DNA of 64,000 nt from an uncultured Opitutales bacterium (GTDB taxonomy: Bacteria; Verrucomicrobiota; Verrucomicrobiia; Opitutales; Intestinicryptomonadaceae): contig CALXLX010000033.1 in the NCBI GenBank assembly GCA_944389315.1, forward strand, positions 2,981 to 66,980. The letters run 5' to 3'. Positions within the stretch are counted from its first letter, which is position 1, and each line of letters begins with the position of its first letter. The notes under the pieces were generated by a model, which saw only the letters and a list, made by a program, of their open reading frames with translations, did not search any database and was not told the origin of the DNA. The position numbers and the translations under genes are program-made. Shown here piece after piece: positions 26,988-37,286 of the stretch.

Positions 26988-27908
26988 ATGGAAGAAATAG
27001 TGATAATAGGAAGCGGCTGTGCGGGGCTTTCGGCGGCCATATATGCGGCAAGGGCCGGCCTGAATCCGGTTGTGATAGAGGGCTCGCAACCCGGCGGCCA
27101 GATAATAACCACGACGGAAGTCGAAAATTTCCCCTCCTGGCCGGACGGAATAGCCGGCTTCGACCTGACTTGGAATATGAGGAAGCAGGCGGAGAAGTTC
27201 GGGACGAAGATTGTAGGGGCAAGCGTCGAGAAGGTCGATTTCTCCGGCGAGTCAAAAAAGATATTCTGCGAGGGGGATATAGTTTTTGAGGCAAAGCATG
27301 TGATTATCGCCACCGGGGCCGCCCCCAGAATGACGGGCGCAAAGAACGAAAACGACATGTACGGCGGCAAGGGTGTCTCCACCTGCGCAACCTGCGACGG
27401 CGCATTTTTCAGGAACATGCCCGTATGCGTGGTGGGCGGGGGCGACACCGCCTGCGAGGAAGCGACGTTTCTATCCCGCCTTTGCTCGGAGGTGTATCTG
27501 GTGCACCGCCGCAGGGAGTTTAGGGCCTCGAAGATTATGGACGAGCGCGTGCGCTCCAACCCCAAGATAAAGCTCCAGCTCGACAGCGTAATAGACGAGG
27601 TTCTCCCCGACGAAAACGGCAGATGCCGCGGCGTGAAGGTGCGCGACGTAAAGACGGGGGAGGAGAAAACCATAGACTGCAAGGCTCTTTTCCTCGCCAT
27701 AGGGCACATTCCGAACACGGGGGTGTTCAAGGGGCAGGTGGAGCTCGATTCCGAAGGCTTTGTAAAGACTTTAGGCGGCTCCATGGTAAAAACCTCCGTG
27801 AAGAACGTCCTTGTTGCGGGAGACTGCGCCGATAGGCTCTACAGGCAGGCAATAACGGCTTCCGCGATGGGGGTTATGGCGGCCCTTACCATAATTAACG
27901 ACTTGTAG
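26988..27908 (+). CDS. trxB: thioredoxin-disulfide reductase
   Basis: IIGSGCAGLSAAIYAARA, redox-active CATCDG, and GGGDTACEEA. I chose the start at MEEIV (26988). Confidence 0.9.
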   Translation: MEEIVIIGSGCAGLSAAIYAARAGLNPVVIEGSQPGGQIITTTEVENFPSWPDGIAGFDLTWNMRKQAEKFGTKIVGASVEKVDFSGESKKIFCEGDIVFEAKHVIIATGAAPRMTGAKNENDMYGGKGVSTCATCDGAFFRNMPVCVVGGGDTACEEATFLSRLCSEVYLVHRRREFRASKIMDERVRSNPKIKLQLDSVIDEVLPDENGRCRGVKVRDVKTGEEKTIDCKALFLAIGHIPNTGVFKGQVELDSEGFVKTLGGSMVKTSVKNVLVAGDCADRLYRQAITASAMGVMAALTIINDL

Positions 27909-27970
27909 CGCGCGCCTTTCAGAAACGCGTTTTCCGCAGGATATATACAAGGAAAATATTTTTATAATAT

Positions 27971-28004
27971 AAAAAGGCGCGGGGAAATTTCCTCGCGCCT
28001 TTTT
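27971..28004. terminator. bidirectional intrinsic terminator between trxB and the NCS2 permease
   Basis: A5-GGCGCGGGG-aaattt-CCTCGCGCC-T5. The 9-bp stem has one G-U pair. Confidence 0.75.
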
Positions 28005-28072
28005 GCTTGCAAGACGCGGCATGCCCCTACCCTTAAGGCGGAATATGCCTCCGGGCGGCCGGAGAAATATTT

Positions 28073-29413
28073 TTAGACGTGGTACAGCCCGAGGAATAGA
28101 AGCATGACCGCCGCCAAAGCCCAGGAGGAAGGCTTGATCTCGCGTCCCCTGCCCATGGCCGAGCGTATTATGACATAGGATATTATCCCGAATGCGAAAC
28201 CCTCGGTTATGCGGCAAGAGAGCATTATCATGACCATGCAAAGGCCCGCGGGTATAAGCTCGGCGTAATCGCGGGAATTTATATCTGCCAGTCCGCTTAA
28301 CATCATAAGGCCAACCATAATCAGCGCCGGGGAGACTGCCTCGGAAGGTATGGCCCCTATCAGCGGGCTTAGGAACAGCGCGAGCAAAAACAGGGCTCCC
28401 ACAACTATCGCCGTAAGCCCCGTGCGCCCGCCGGACTCTATCCCCGCGCTGCTTTCAACAAAAGACGTCGCAGTGGACGTGCCAAGAAGCGAGCCTATTA
28501 TTGTGGCTATGGCGTCGGCGGATAAGATTGAGCCCATCTTGGGCATGCGCCCCCTGTCGTCCATAAACCCGGCCCTGCGCCCCAGGGCGACAACCGTTCC
28601 TATGGTGTCGAACATGTCGAGCAAAAGCAAAGTAAGAATCACGGGCAAAGCCGTGCGGAAGTCCCTGAAAGGGTATGTCCAGTCAAGCGCAAGGAAGGTC
28701 TGGGATATCCCGTGCGGAACCGAGAACAGAGTATCGGGCGGGGAGGCTATAAATTCCCCGTCCGAGCCGCGTACGAAAAACCCCAGGACGGTCATCGCCA
28801 AGATGCTAAATATTATCGCTCCCTTAACCTTGCGGCACACCAGCCCCGCCATGAGCGCCAGCCCCAAAAGCACAAAAAGCCCGTTGGGGGAAATTATGTC
28901 GCCCACGGCGAGCATATTTTTAGAGTCAGAAACTATTATCCCCGCGCCGCGCAAGCCAAGAAACATTATAAAAAGGCCTATTCCGCACTGGAGACCCGTA
29001 AGCAGGGGCTTGGGTATCGCGTATATTATTTTCTCCCTGTATCCCGTAAGCGATATTACAAGAAAAAATATTCCGTTGTAAAACGTCACGGACAAGGCCG
29101 ACTGCCAATCCAAGCCCATCTGCGCGCAGATTATAAGCGCAAAATAGGTGTTTGTGCCCATGGCGGGGGCGACGGCTATGGGCATATTTGTAAGAAGCGC
29201 CATCACAAAGCAGGAGAGGGCCGATGTAAGCGCGGTGACGGTAACCAGCCCCGCCTTGTCCATGCCAGTCGACGATAAAATCGCCGGGTTTACGGCTATT
29301 ATGTACGACATTGCCGCAAAGGTTGTAAGGCCGGCGAGAAACTCCGTCTTAAAATCCGTATTGCGCTCGGACAGTTTAAATATAGAGGAAATATTGGCTT
29401 TCATCTGGAGCAT
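28073..29413 (-). CDS. NCS2 family nucleobase permease (AzgA-like adenine/guanine/hypoxanthine)
   Basis: Polytopic membrane protein. N-terminus ..FKLSERNTDFKTEFLAGLTTFAAMSYIIAVNP.. is typical of AzgA-type purine permeases. Confidence 0.8.
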   Translation of the reverse strand: MLQMKANISSIFKLSERNTDFKTEFLAGLTTFAAMSYIIAVNPAILSSTGMDKAGLVTVTALTSALSCFVMALLTNMPIAVAPAMGTNTYFALIICAQMGLDWQSALSVTFYNGIFFLVISLTGYREKIIYAIPKPLLTGLQCGIGLFIMFLGLRGAGIIVSDSKNMLAVGDIISPNGLFVLLGLALMAGLVCRKVKGAIIFSILAMTVLGFFVRGSDGEFIASPPDTLFSVPHGISQTFLALDWTYPFRDFRTALPVILTLLLLDMFDTIGTVVALGRRAGFMDDRGRMPKMGSILSADAIATIIGSLLGTSTATSFVESSAGIESGGRTGLTAIVVGALFLLALFLSPLIGAIPSEAVSPALIMVGLMMLSGLADINSRDYAELIPAGLCMVMIMLSCRITEGFAFGIISYVIIRSAMGRGREIKPSSWALAAVMLLFLGLYHV

Positions 29414-29468
29414 GCGCGGAGTTTTTTGTGCTTGAAAACGAGCCTCAAAGATAAAGCATAGCGGGGTT

Positions 29469-31007
29469 ATGTTGTCGAGAGTTTATTCGGGAGCCCTGAT
29501 AGGGATAGAGGCGCTGAGAGTCGACGTTGAGGTTGACACGGGTTCAATGGGAGAGCCCCGCGCCTTCATAGTGGGCCTTCCCGACGCGGCGGTGAAGGAG
29601 TCTTTGGACAGGGTGTCCTCCGCGCTTGCAAATAGCGGATACGCAATGCCCCCCGCAAGGCTTACGGTAAACCTCGCCCCCGGGAACGTGAGAAAGGAAG
29701 GCCCCATATTCGACCTTCCCATAGCCCTGGGCATAATATCAAATCTCGGCGCCATACCGCAGGAAGCCTTCGAGGACACCGCCATAGCCGGCGAACTCGG
29801 GCTTTCGGGAGGCGTAAGGGCCATTTGCGGCGGGGTGAGCCTCGCGCTCATGGCACGCAAATCCGGCTTAAGAAGGCTGATTCTGCCGCGCATAAGCGCG
29901 CACGAGGCCGCCCTCGTGGAGGGGGTTGACGTCTATGCCGCGGACTCCCTCTCCCAGGTGGCAGACTTTCTGTCGGGCAAAGGCCCTTTGGATAGAATAT
30001 CCGCCAAAGACTCCCTTTTCAATTTCCGCCATACAGCGCGCAATCTGCCAGATTTTGCCGATGTCAAAGGACAATCCCGCGCCGTGAGGGCCGCGGAAGT
30101 CGCCGTTGCTGGAGCGCACAACCTGCTTATGATAGGCTCCCCAGGAACCGGCAAGAGCATGATAGCAAAGCGCATTCCGTCCATAATGCCGGAGCCCTCC
30201 CACGAGGAGTTCCTGGAGATACTGGGCGTATATTCGGCCTCGGGGCTTACCCAAAGGCTGCAGGACGCCGTGATGGAGCGCCCATTCCGCTCGCCGCACC
30301 ACACCATAAGCGATGTAGGCCTCATAGGCGGCGGAACATCGCCCAAGCCGGGGGAAATATCCCTCGCCCACGGCGGCGTGCTGTTCCTGGACGAGCTGCC
30401 CGAATTTGGCAGAAACGTTCTTGAGGTTTTGCGCCAGCCGCTCGAAGACGGCGTTGTGGTAATATCGCGCGCGGCGGCAAAGATAGCGCTGCCCTGCCGC
30501 TTTATGCTTGTCGCGGCAATGAACCCCTGCCCCTGCGGATACCTCGGGGACGCGCGCAAGAAATGCTCGTGCACAAGCGCGCAGATAGCGCGCTACCGCG
30601 CAAGGATATCGGGGCCGCTGATAGACAGAATGGACTTGCATGTTGAGGTTCCAAGCCTGCCGCTAGAGAAGATATCCTCTGGGCAAAGCGGGGAAAGTAG
30701 CGCCGCGATAAGGCAAAGGGTGCTCGGCGCAAGGGAGATTCAAAGGAGAAGGTTCGCGGCGGAAAAAGGCATGGTATCAAAGGTAAACTCGGCGATGGAC
30801 ACCCGCCTTATAAAGGAGCACTGCAGGCTTTCGCCGGAGCTGGAAAGCATATTGCTTTCCGCCATGAAGCAGCTAAATTTGTCGGCGAGGGCGTGGGACA
30901 GGATACTTAAGGTCTCGCGCACAATAGCCGATTTAGACTCCTCCGAAGACATAGGCTCCGCGCATCTTATGGAGGCTATAAACTACCGCAGCCTGGACAA
31001 ATTCTAA
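29469..31007 (+). CDS. comM: YifB/ComM family Mg-chelatase-like AAA+ ATPase
   Basis: [23 protein letters not shown].., Walker [10 protein letters not shown], ..[11 protein letters not shown].., and a C-terminal Mg_chelatase_C-like region. Confidence 0.9.
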   Translation: MLSRVYSGALIGIEALRVDVEVDTGSMGEPRAFIVGLPDAAVKESLDRVSSALANSGYAMPPARLTVNLAPGNVRKEGPIFDLPIALGIISNLGAIPQEAFEDTAIAGELGLSGGVRAICGGVSLALMARKSGLRRLILPRISAHEAALVEGVDVYAADSLSQVADFLSGKGPLDRISAKDSLFNFRHTARNLPDFADVKGQSRAVRAAEVAVAGAHNLLMIGSPGTGKSMIAKRIPSIMPEPSHEEFLEILGVYSASGLTQRLQDAVMERPFRSPHHTISDVGLIGGGTSPKPGEISLAHGGVLFLDELPEFGRNVLEVLRQPLEDGVVVISRAAAKIALPCRFMLVAAMNPCPCGYLGDARKKCSCTSAQIARYRARISGPLIDRMDLHVEVPSLPLEKISSGQSGESSAAIRQRVLGAREIQRRRFAAEKGMVSKVNSAMDTRLIKEHCRLSPELESILLSAMKQLNLSARAWDRILKVSRTIADLDSSEDIGSAHLMEAINYRSLDKF

Positions 31008-31094
31008 AACCCAGGAGACGCTTTTTAGCCCCTTCGGAAAGCGCCCGCAAATGCGCGTTGACAACGGCACGGCACCATAATTAGAGTGCCTGCC

Positions 31095-32600
31095 ATGCGA
31101 ATATCCTATATTCCTTTCATTGCGGCTTTTTTGTATATACTGCTTTCCGCAGCCTCCTCAATGGCGGAAGATAAAAACGCCACTCCGAAGAAGCCCAACG
31201 TGCTGTTCATACTTGCGGACGACCTGGGCTGGGCGGACGTCGGCTTCAACAATCCCAATACGTTTTACGAGACGCCAAACATAGATTCGCTGGCGAATTC
31301 GGGAGTTGTATTTACAAACGCCTATGCGTCGAGCCCCGTATGCTCGCCGTCGAGATACTCCATAGAGACGGGCAAGTATCCGGCGCGCTCGGGCATAACG
31401 AACTTTCTCGTCGGCAAGAGGGAAGGCAAATTCGCCCCCGCAGAGCTTACCGAAAACATGAGCGGGGAGCGTACCATAGCCCAGATGATGAAGCTCGCCG
31501 GATACGACACTTTCTTCGCGGGCAAATACCACCTGGGGAAAAATCCCGAATGCATGCCTCAAAACTGCGGGTACGACATAAATTTCGGCGGCTGCGGCTA
31601 CGGAATGCCAGCCGGTAAAAACTTTTACTTTTCCCCCTACAACAACCCCGCGCTCAAGGACGGACCCAAGGGCGAATACCTGCCCTACAGGCTCACGGAC
31701 GAGATTTGCAAATACATCTCCTCGCGCGACGCCTCCAAACCGGTTTTCATAATGGCCGCATACTATCTTGTGCACACCCCTCTCATGAGCGAAAAAGCCC
31801 TGGTTGAAAAATACAGGAAAAAGCGCGCGGGAATAAACAGGAGCGGGCTGGAGGAGTTCAGGCGCGAAAGGCAGGTGTGGCCTGTGGCTTCGGCAAGGGT
31901 GGACAAGCTCGTGCAGGATTCTCCCGAATATGCCGCTATGATGGAGGCTTTGGACACCTGCGTGGGGCGCCTGGTTGACTCCCTTAAGAAAAACGGCCTC
32001 TACGACGATACCATAATCATCTTTGCCTCGGACAACGGCGGGCTTTCAACGGGCGAGGCGTTTTCGACAAGCAACGCCCCTTTGCGCTGCGGCAAAGGGT
32101 GGCTGTACGAGGGCGGCATAAGGGTGCCCACCGCAATTTCCATACCGAATAAATTTATAAACGGCAAGGGCGGGCGGGCCAACTTCAAATGCGACATTCC
32201 CATATCGAACGTGGATTTCTACGCCACCCTTTGCGACTTCGCCGGAGTGCCTGCAAACAAAACGGACGGAATAAGCCTCAGAAAGGCCCTGGAAGGCGGA
32301 ACTCTTCCCGACAGGGCAATTTTCTGGCACTATCCGCACTATTCAAACCAGGGCGGATTCCCCGGAGCTGCCATAAGGCAGGGAGACTGGAAGCTTTTGG
32401 AGGATTTTGAGGACGGGCGCGTAGAGCTTTACAACATCGCAAAAGACATTTCCGAAAACAAAGATCTCGCCGCGGAAAATCCTCAAATGCGCGACGATTT
32501 GCGCAAGAAACTCCATCTGTGGTATGCCGAAACGGGCGCAAAGTTCCTTGAGCCGAGAACTCCCGGCCAAAAGCCCTGGAGGCCGAACCTTAAGAATTAA
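31095..32600 (+). CDS. Cys-type sulfatase (arylsulfatase A family), secreted
   Basis: Signal peptide. NVLFILADDLGWAD and the formylglycine motif C-S-P-S-R (SSPVCSPSRYS). I chose the ATG at 31095 over the GTG at 31086. Confidence 0.85.
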   Translation: MRISYIPFIAAFLYILLSAASSMAEDKNATPKKPNVLFILADDLGWADVGFNNPNTFYETPNIDSLANSGVVFTNAYASSPVCSPSRYSIETGKYPARSGITNFLVGKREGKFAPAELTENMSGERTIAQMMKLAGYDTFFAGKYHLGKNPECMPQNCGYDINFGGCGYGMPAGKNFYFSPYNNPALKDGPKGEYLPYRLTDEICKYISSRDASKPVFIMAAYYLVHTPLMSEKALVEKYRKKRAGINRSGLEEFRRERQVWPVASARVDKLVQDSPEYAAMMEALDTCVGRLVDSLKKNGLYDDTIIIFASDNGGLSTGEAFSTSNAPLRCGKGWLYEGGIRVPTAISIPNKFINGKGGRANFKCDIPISNVDFYATLCDFAGVPANKTDGISLRKALEGGTLPDRAIFWHYPHYSNQGGFPGAAIRQGDWKLLEDFEDGRVELYNIAKDISENKDLAAENPQMRDDLRKKLHLWYAETGAKFLEPRTPGQKPWRPNLKN

Positions 32601-32675
32601 GTATATAGCATCAATATTGTTGCAAAAACATGCCTCTATTGGAGGCCGCGGCGGATTCCACAGAAAAATAGGGCG

Positions 32676-32711
32676 AAGAAAAAATTTTTATTTTTTTTGA
32701 AAATTTTTCTT
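32676..32711. repeat. AT-rich inverted repeat
   Basis: AAGAAAAAATTTT (32676-) and AAAATTTTTCTT (-32711) are near-perfect reverse complements around a T-rich centre. Confidence 0.6.
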
Positions 32712-32788
32712 GCCAAGCGGCCAATAATGTTTCTTAATAGCGGCACAATAAAACAATTTTTCCTCCCCCCCCATCATATATAATAAGG

Positions 32789-32822
32789 CGAGCCTCAGCA
32801 TAGCTGAGGCTCGTTCTTTTTT
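32789..32822 (+). terminator. intrinsic terminator in the sulfatase-sufS spacer
   Basis: CGAGCCTCAGC/GCTGAGGCTCG, an 11-bp perfect stem with a small loop, followed by TTCTTTTTT. Confidence 0.8.
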
Positions 32823-32995
32823 ACCCATACGCTTGGCATTCAAGGCCACTTCAGAAGCAATGGCCACGGCGGAACAAAAGCGCCAAAGAATATACCAATA
32901 TGGAGGAAATTTCCCCCGCTCTATAAGCCTTAAGAAGAATTTTTTGCTTTAACGGAGGGGATTTTTCGTGTAATTACAGTAATAAAAGAAATATT

Positions 32996-34222
32996 ATGGG
33001 CTTCGACGTAGAAAAAGTAAGGAAAGACTTTCCGATTCTCTCAAAGACTCTCGAGGGCGGCAAGAAGCTTGTCTATCTTGATTCCTCCGCAACGGCGCAG
33101 AAGCCGCAATGCGTCATAGACGCAATAGTGGATTTCTACAGGGACAAGAACTCCAACATTCACCGCAGCGCGCATGCGCTGAGCATGGCTGCAACCCAGG
33201 CCTATGAGGACGCGAGAAAAACCCTCTGCGGCTTCTTCGGGGCGCCAAAAGATTTTACAGGAGTTTTTACGCGGGGCACGACAGAGTCCTTGAACCTCGT
33301 AGCCGCCTGCTACGGCGCCGCGAACCTCAAAGAGGGAGACGAAATACTCCTGACGCAGATGGAACACCACGCAAACATAGTTCCCTGGCAGATGATAGCC
33401 CTGCGAACCGGCGCGCGCGTGCGCGCGGCGAACATACTGCCAGACGGGTCTTTGGACCTTGACGACTTTAAGTCTAAGCTTTCTGCAAGGACAAAGATAG
33501 TGTCGGTGGCGCAGGCCTCAAACGTGCTTGGAACGGTAAACCCTCTGGGGGAGATATCGGCACTTGTAAGGAAGTACAGCCCTGCGGCACTGAGCATGGA
33601 CGCGGCTCAGAGCGCGCCGCACTACCTTGCAAACCTCGGGGATTTCGACTGCGACTTCATCTCCGTTTCCGGGCACAAGTGCTACGGGCCCACCGGCATA
33701 GGAATGCTGATAGGCAGAACCGAGCTTTTGGACGCAATGCCGCCCTATCAGGGGGGCGGAGACATGATAGATTCCGTCTCGTGGGAGGGCACTACATTCC
33801 GACCCTCGCCCGAGAGGTTCGAGGCGGGAACCCCAAACATAGCCGGCGCCGTGGGCTTCGCAAGGGCAGCCCAATACATGGAAAGCCTCGACAAAAACGG
33901 CGCGCGCGCGCACGAGGAGGAACTTCTTGAATTTACAACCGCGGAGCTTTCAAAGATAGACGGCGTTAAAATTTTCGGGCGGGCAAAAGGCAAGCTTGCG
34001 ATAATATCTTTCGCCGCCGAAGGCGTGCACCCGCACGACATTTCCTCCCTGCTCAACGCCGGGGGCATAGGCATAAGGACGGGCCACCACTGCGCGGAGC
34101 CGCTAATGAAAACCCTCGGGGTGCCCTCCACTTGCAGGGCGTCTTTTACGTTTTACAACACTTTGGAGGAGGCCGCCTATTTCGTCGAAAGGCTAAAGCA
34201 CGCCCTCAGCATTCTTAGATGA
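32996..34222 (+). CDS. sufS: cysteine desulfurase, SufS type
   Basis: ..VSGHKCYGPTGIGML.. (PLP Lys) and ..RTGHHCAEPL.. (catalytic Cys loop). Confidence 0.9.
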   Translation: MGFDVEKVRKDFPILSKTLEGGKKLVYLDSSATAQKPQCVIDAIVDFYRDKNSNIHRSAHALSMAATQAYEDARKTLCGFFGAPKDFTGVFTRGTTESLNLVAACYGAANLKEGDEILLTQMEHHANIVPWQMIALRTGARVRAANILPDGSLDLDDFKSKLSARTKIVSVAQASNVLGTVNPLGEISALVRKYSPAALSMDAAQSAPHYLANLGDFDCDFISVSGHKCYGPTGIGMLIGRTELLDAMPPYQGGGDMIDSVSWEGTTFRPSPERFEAGTPNIAGAVGFARAAQYMESLDKNGARAHEEELLEFTTAELSKIDGVKIFGRAKGKLAIISFAAEGVHPHDISSLLNAGGIGIRTGHHCAEPLMKTLGVPSTCRASFTFYNTLEEAAYFVERLKHALSILR

Positions 34223-35317
34223 TCCGAAGCTTACGCGCGCGCACTTTGTGCGGCGTATGTCGCATATGGGGTCCAGCGGCTTGCCGAGCGTGATATGCTC
34301 CGCGAACATGCGCGCAAAATAAGGGCTAAGCGCAAAGCCTTTAGAGCCGAAACCGTTGAATATCGCAATTCTTTCGTCCAGCGGGTGAAAGCCTACAAAG
34401 GGGCGCGTAGTCGCCGTGCACGGGCGCACCGCGGCCGTATGGCAAAGTACGTCTCCGGCAACCAGCTTGGGGTTTACGAAAAATTTTCCAAGCCAGCCTA
34501 AAAGTTCTCTTCTGGCCTCCGCCGTGGGCAGGGAGTCCAGACAAGCCCTGTCCCAGGTTGACCCCATGCGCAGAAAGCCTCCGGGAGAGCGCATTATCCA
34601 TTTTGTCTTATGGACTATGTCGTCAGGAAAATCCTTATCCTGCAGTTCGAGAGACAAAATCTCGCCCTTTGCCGGACGGAAATTCAGCCATTTGAAAAAC
34701 GGGTTCCGCGCGTCGATAAAGCCGCCGCAGAATATCGCCGCGCGCGCGGTAAGCCCGCAGTAATCCACCCCGCCCGAGACGCCCTTAAGGGCGCGGGCAT
34801 CGAAGTATTGCCTTATTAAAATACCCGAGTTTTCAAAATATTTTTCAAGGGCCTCCATAAGAACCGGAGGCTCAACCCAGGCACTGCGGTTTATGAAAAA
34901 AGAGCCGAACTCGTCGCGAAAATTGCGCGAAGAAAAAAAGCCGGGCGGATTTGGCCCCGAGAGGAAATCAGCATATGAAGGGTCGCCGAGCCTTTCGCCA
35001 AGCTCGCGCCCCTGCTCGGGAGAAACGGTGAGCGCAAGTATGCGCCGCCTGTGGAAGAATTTTGCCCCCAATAGGGCCTCCAAAGCGGCGTATCTTTGGG
35101 CGGCGAAAGGAAGGGCCTCGCGCGCGAGGGGACTTCTTACAAGCCGCTTACCCGTCACGGGGTTCAAAACACCCGCCGCGGCAAGGCAGGCGCCCGACAA
35201 GCGGTGGGAGTCGTCGAAAACAACAACACTACGCCCCAAAGAGGCAAGCTCCAAAGCCAGCATGGAGCCGGCTATGCCCTGCCCGACAATTATGTAGTCT
35301 GCGACATGCCCGGACAT
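34193..35317 (-). CDS. FAD-dependent oxidoreductase (DAO family)
   Basis: DYIIVGQGIAGSMLALELASLGRSVVVFDD dinucleotide fold. I chose the start at 35317, 11 nt after the ruvB stop. Its 3' end overlaps the sufS 3' end by 30 nt (convergent). Confidence 0.7.
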   Translation of the reverse strand: MSGHVADYIIVGQGIAGSMLALELASLGRSVVVFDDSHRLSGACLAAAGVLNPVTGKRLVRSPLAREALPFAAQRYAALEALLGAKFFHRRRILALTVSPEQGRELGERLGDPSYADFLSGPNPPGFFSSRNFRDEFGSFFINRSAWVEPPVLMEALEKYFENSGILIRQYFDARALKGVSGGVDYCGLTARAAIFCGGFIDARNPFFKWLNFRPAKGEILSLELQDKDFPDDIVHKTKWIMRSPGGFLRMGSTWDRACLDSLPTAEARRELLGWLGKFFVNPKLVAGDVLCHTAAVRPCTATTRPFVGFHPLDERIAIFNGFGSKGFALSPYFARMFAEHITLGKPLDPICDIRRTKCARVSFGSSKNAEGVL

Positions 35318-35327
35318 GAAAACGCGC

Positions 35328-36350
35328 CTACTCGAAAAGCTCGCCCTGCTCCACTCCGCTAATTCCAAGCGTGCGCCACGCCTTGGGGGTGAGCACCCTG
35401 CCCTGCGGAGTGCGCTGTATGTAGCCCTCCTGAATCAGGAAAGGTTCGTGAACCTCCTCTATGGTGTCGGCCTCCTCGCCCACGGCAACGGCTATGGTGC
35501 CGACCCCCACGGGACCTCCCTTGTAGTTGTCGGCCATGGTGCGCAGTATGCGCTTGTCCATATCGTCGAGCCCGTTGGAGTCTATCTCGAGAAGCTCCAA
35601 GGCGGCCTTCGCCACGGATTTGGTAATCTTGCCGTCGGCCCGCTCCTGGGCGTAGTCGCGGGTGAAGCGCACAAGGTTGTTGACTATGCGCGGAGTTCCG
35701 CGCGCGCGGCGGGAGATTTCGTCGGCCCCGCCGTCGTCAACGGGAATGTCCAAAAGCCGACACGAGCGCTTTACGATGGATTTCAAATCCTCCCGGGAAT
35801 AATAGTCCAGCCTCGTCTTGAGCGTAAAACGGCTGCGCAGCGGCGGAGTGAGCATACCCGTGCGGGTTGTGGCGCCCACGAGCGTAAAACGCGGAATGTT
35901 CAGCCGCACGCTCCTGGCGTTGGGCCCCTGGTCTATCATTATGTCTATGCGGAAATCCTCCATGGCGCTGTAGAGGAACTCCTCCACGTTGCGGGATATC
36001 CTGTGTATCTCGTCGATAAAGAGAATGTCGCCCTCCTCGAGGTTCGTAAGAAGCCCAGCAAGATCGGAAGCCTTTTCTATCACGGGCCCCGACGACACCT
36101 TTACCCCCGCACCCATCTCGCGGCCGAGTATAAACGCCAAAGTTGTCTTTCCCAACCCGGGGGGGCCGTATAAAAGTATATGGTTTAAGGGCTCCCTCCT
36201 GCGTTTTGCGGCGCCTACCATAACCCTGAGTTTCTCGACGGTCTTGTCCTGCCCCTTGAACGAGTCAAACCCCAGCGGGCGCAAAGACGCGTCTATCTCG
36301 TCGTCTTTTCTCTCGAGCGCGCTTTGCAGATAGTCGGAACCTTTTTCCAT
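35328..36350 (-). CDS. ruvB: Holliday junction branch migration helicase RuvB
   Basis: LRPLGFDSFKGQ.., LYGPPGLGKTTLA and FIDEIHR. Confidence 0.95.
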   Translation of the reverse strand: MEKGSDYLQSALERKDDEIDASLRPLGFDSFKGQDKTVEKLRVMVGAAKRRREPLNHILLYGPPGLGKTTLAFILGREMGAGVKVSSGPVIEKASDLAGLLTNLEEGDILFIDEIHRISRNVEEFLYSAMEDFRIDIMIDQGPNARSVRLNIPRFTLVGATTRTGMLTPPLRSRFTLKTRLDYYSREDLKSIVKRSCRLLDIPVDDGGADEISRRARGTPRIVNNLVRFTRDYAQERADGKITKSVAKAALELLEIDSNGLDDMDKRILRTMADNYKGGPVGVGTIAVAVGEEADTIEEVHEPFLIQEGYIQRTPQGRVLTPKAWRTLGISGVEQGELFE

Positions 36351-36498
36351 TTTTCAAATTTCCAAAAATAAAACTAATACAAGAGTAGCCCATATATACT
36401 CCCGCGCAAGCCTATTGTGTCTTCAAAATCCGCCGCAGCCCGCCCGGCGGAAGGCCGGAAAAACAATTGAGGGCTGCGCCCCAAGCCGCAGGGGCATG

Positions 36499-37242
36499 CT
36501 AATCCTCAAGAAATAGGCCCGCCGAGAACGAACAGCACGCCGCGGCCGTGTCTGTGCGCAAAACCCCTCCGCCCAAACTCGCCAGCACAAACCCGCGCGA
36601 GCGCAAAAAATTTCTGTCGGCAGCAGAAAACCCCCGTTCGGAACCCAAAACAAAGACGGCCGAGCGCGCGCGGCCCGCGCCGGGAACGGAAAACGCCCCC
36701 TTTATATCGACCGTTGCCTCGTACAAATCCGGCGCTATCAGCGCGCGCGGAGACGGCAAATTTAATTTTAGGACGGAATCTGCCATCTCCTCTAAAGACT
36801 CGAAGAAGTCCACCTTAGGCATATCCGTTCTGCAGCCCTGCGCAAGCCCCGCAATGCAGGAATCCCTCCATAGGCCCCCGGCAAAAAGGGAGCTTTTCGC
36901 ATATGCGGCAAAACTCTTTTCGGAGGGGTAAAAATATATGTATCTTACACCCATGCTCGCCGCGTCAAAAAGCACGCGCTTTGTTATCTGCGGACGCGCG
37001 TATGCAACACACAGGCAAATATTTACGCCCTTTGGATTGCCTACTATTCTCCACGGCCGCGCAAACACATATCCGGCCTCTGTTTTTACGAGCCGCGCTA
37101 CGCCCAAATCGCCGCCGGCTATGCCCACATACACCTCCGCGCCGTCCTCCGCTTTTAGCACCTCCCGAAGATGTTTTGCCCTTTCGTCGGAAAAAGGGAG
37201 CAAATCCGCCTCGCGGCTGTCTTTGAATATCACGGCGTTCAT
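36499..37242 (-). CDS. rsmE: 16S rRNA (uracil1498-N3)-methyltransferase family
   Basis: RsmE length and the C-terminal knot motif ..VLGSERGFS..E.. Confidence 0.75.
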   Translation of the reverse strand: MNAVIFKDSREADLLPFSDERAKHLREVLKAEDGAEVYVGIAGGDLGVARLVKTEAGYVFARPWRIVGNPKGVNICLCVAYARPQITKRVLFDAASMGVRYIYFYPSEKSFAAYAKSSLFAGGLWRDSCIAGLAQGCRTDMPKVDFFESLEEMADSVLKLNLPSPRALIAPDLYEATVDIKGAFSVPGAGRARSAVFVLGSERGFSAADRNFLRSRGFVLASLGGGVLRTDTAAACCSFSAGLFLED

Positions 37243-37286
37243 ATGTATGTATGCCCAAAATAAGATGTTGATATTATGGCAAAAAT

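Noticed and set aside
29469-31007. ComM/YifB, RecF (56705-57790) and the MidA-like methyltransferase as parts of a defence system.
   Set aside because: All three have canonical housekeeping-family sequences and sit among core metabolic genes. No nuclease, toxin or other defence-associated partner is adjacent.
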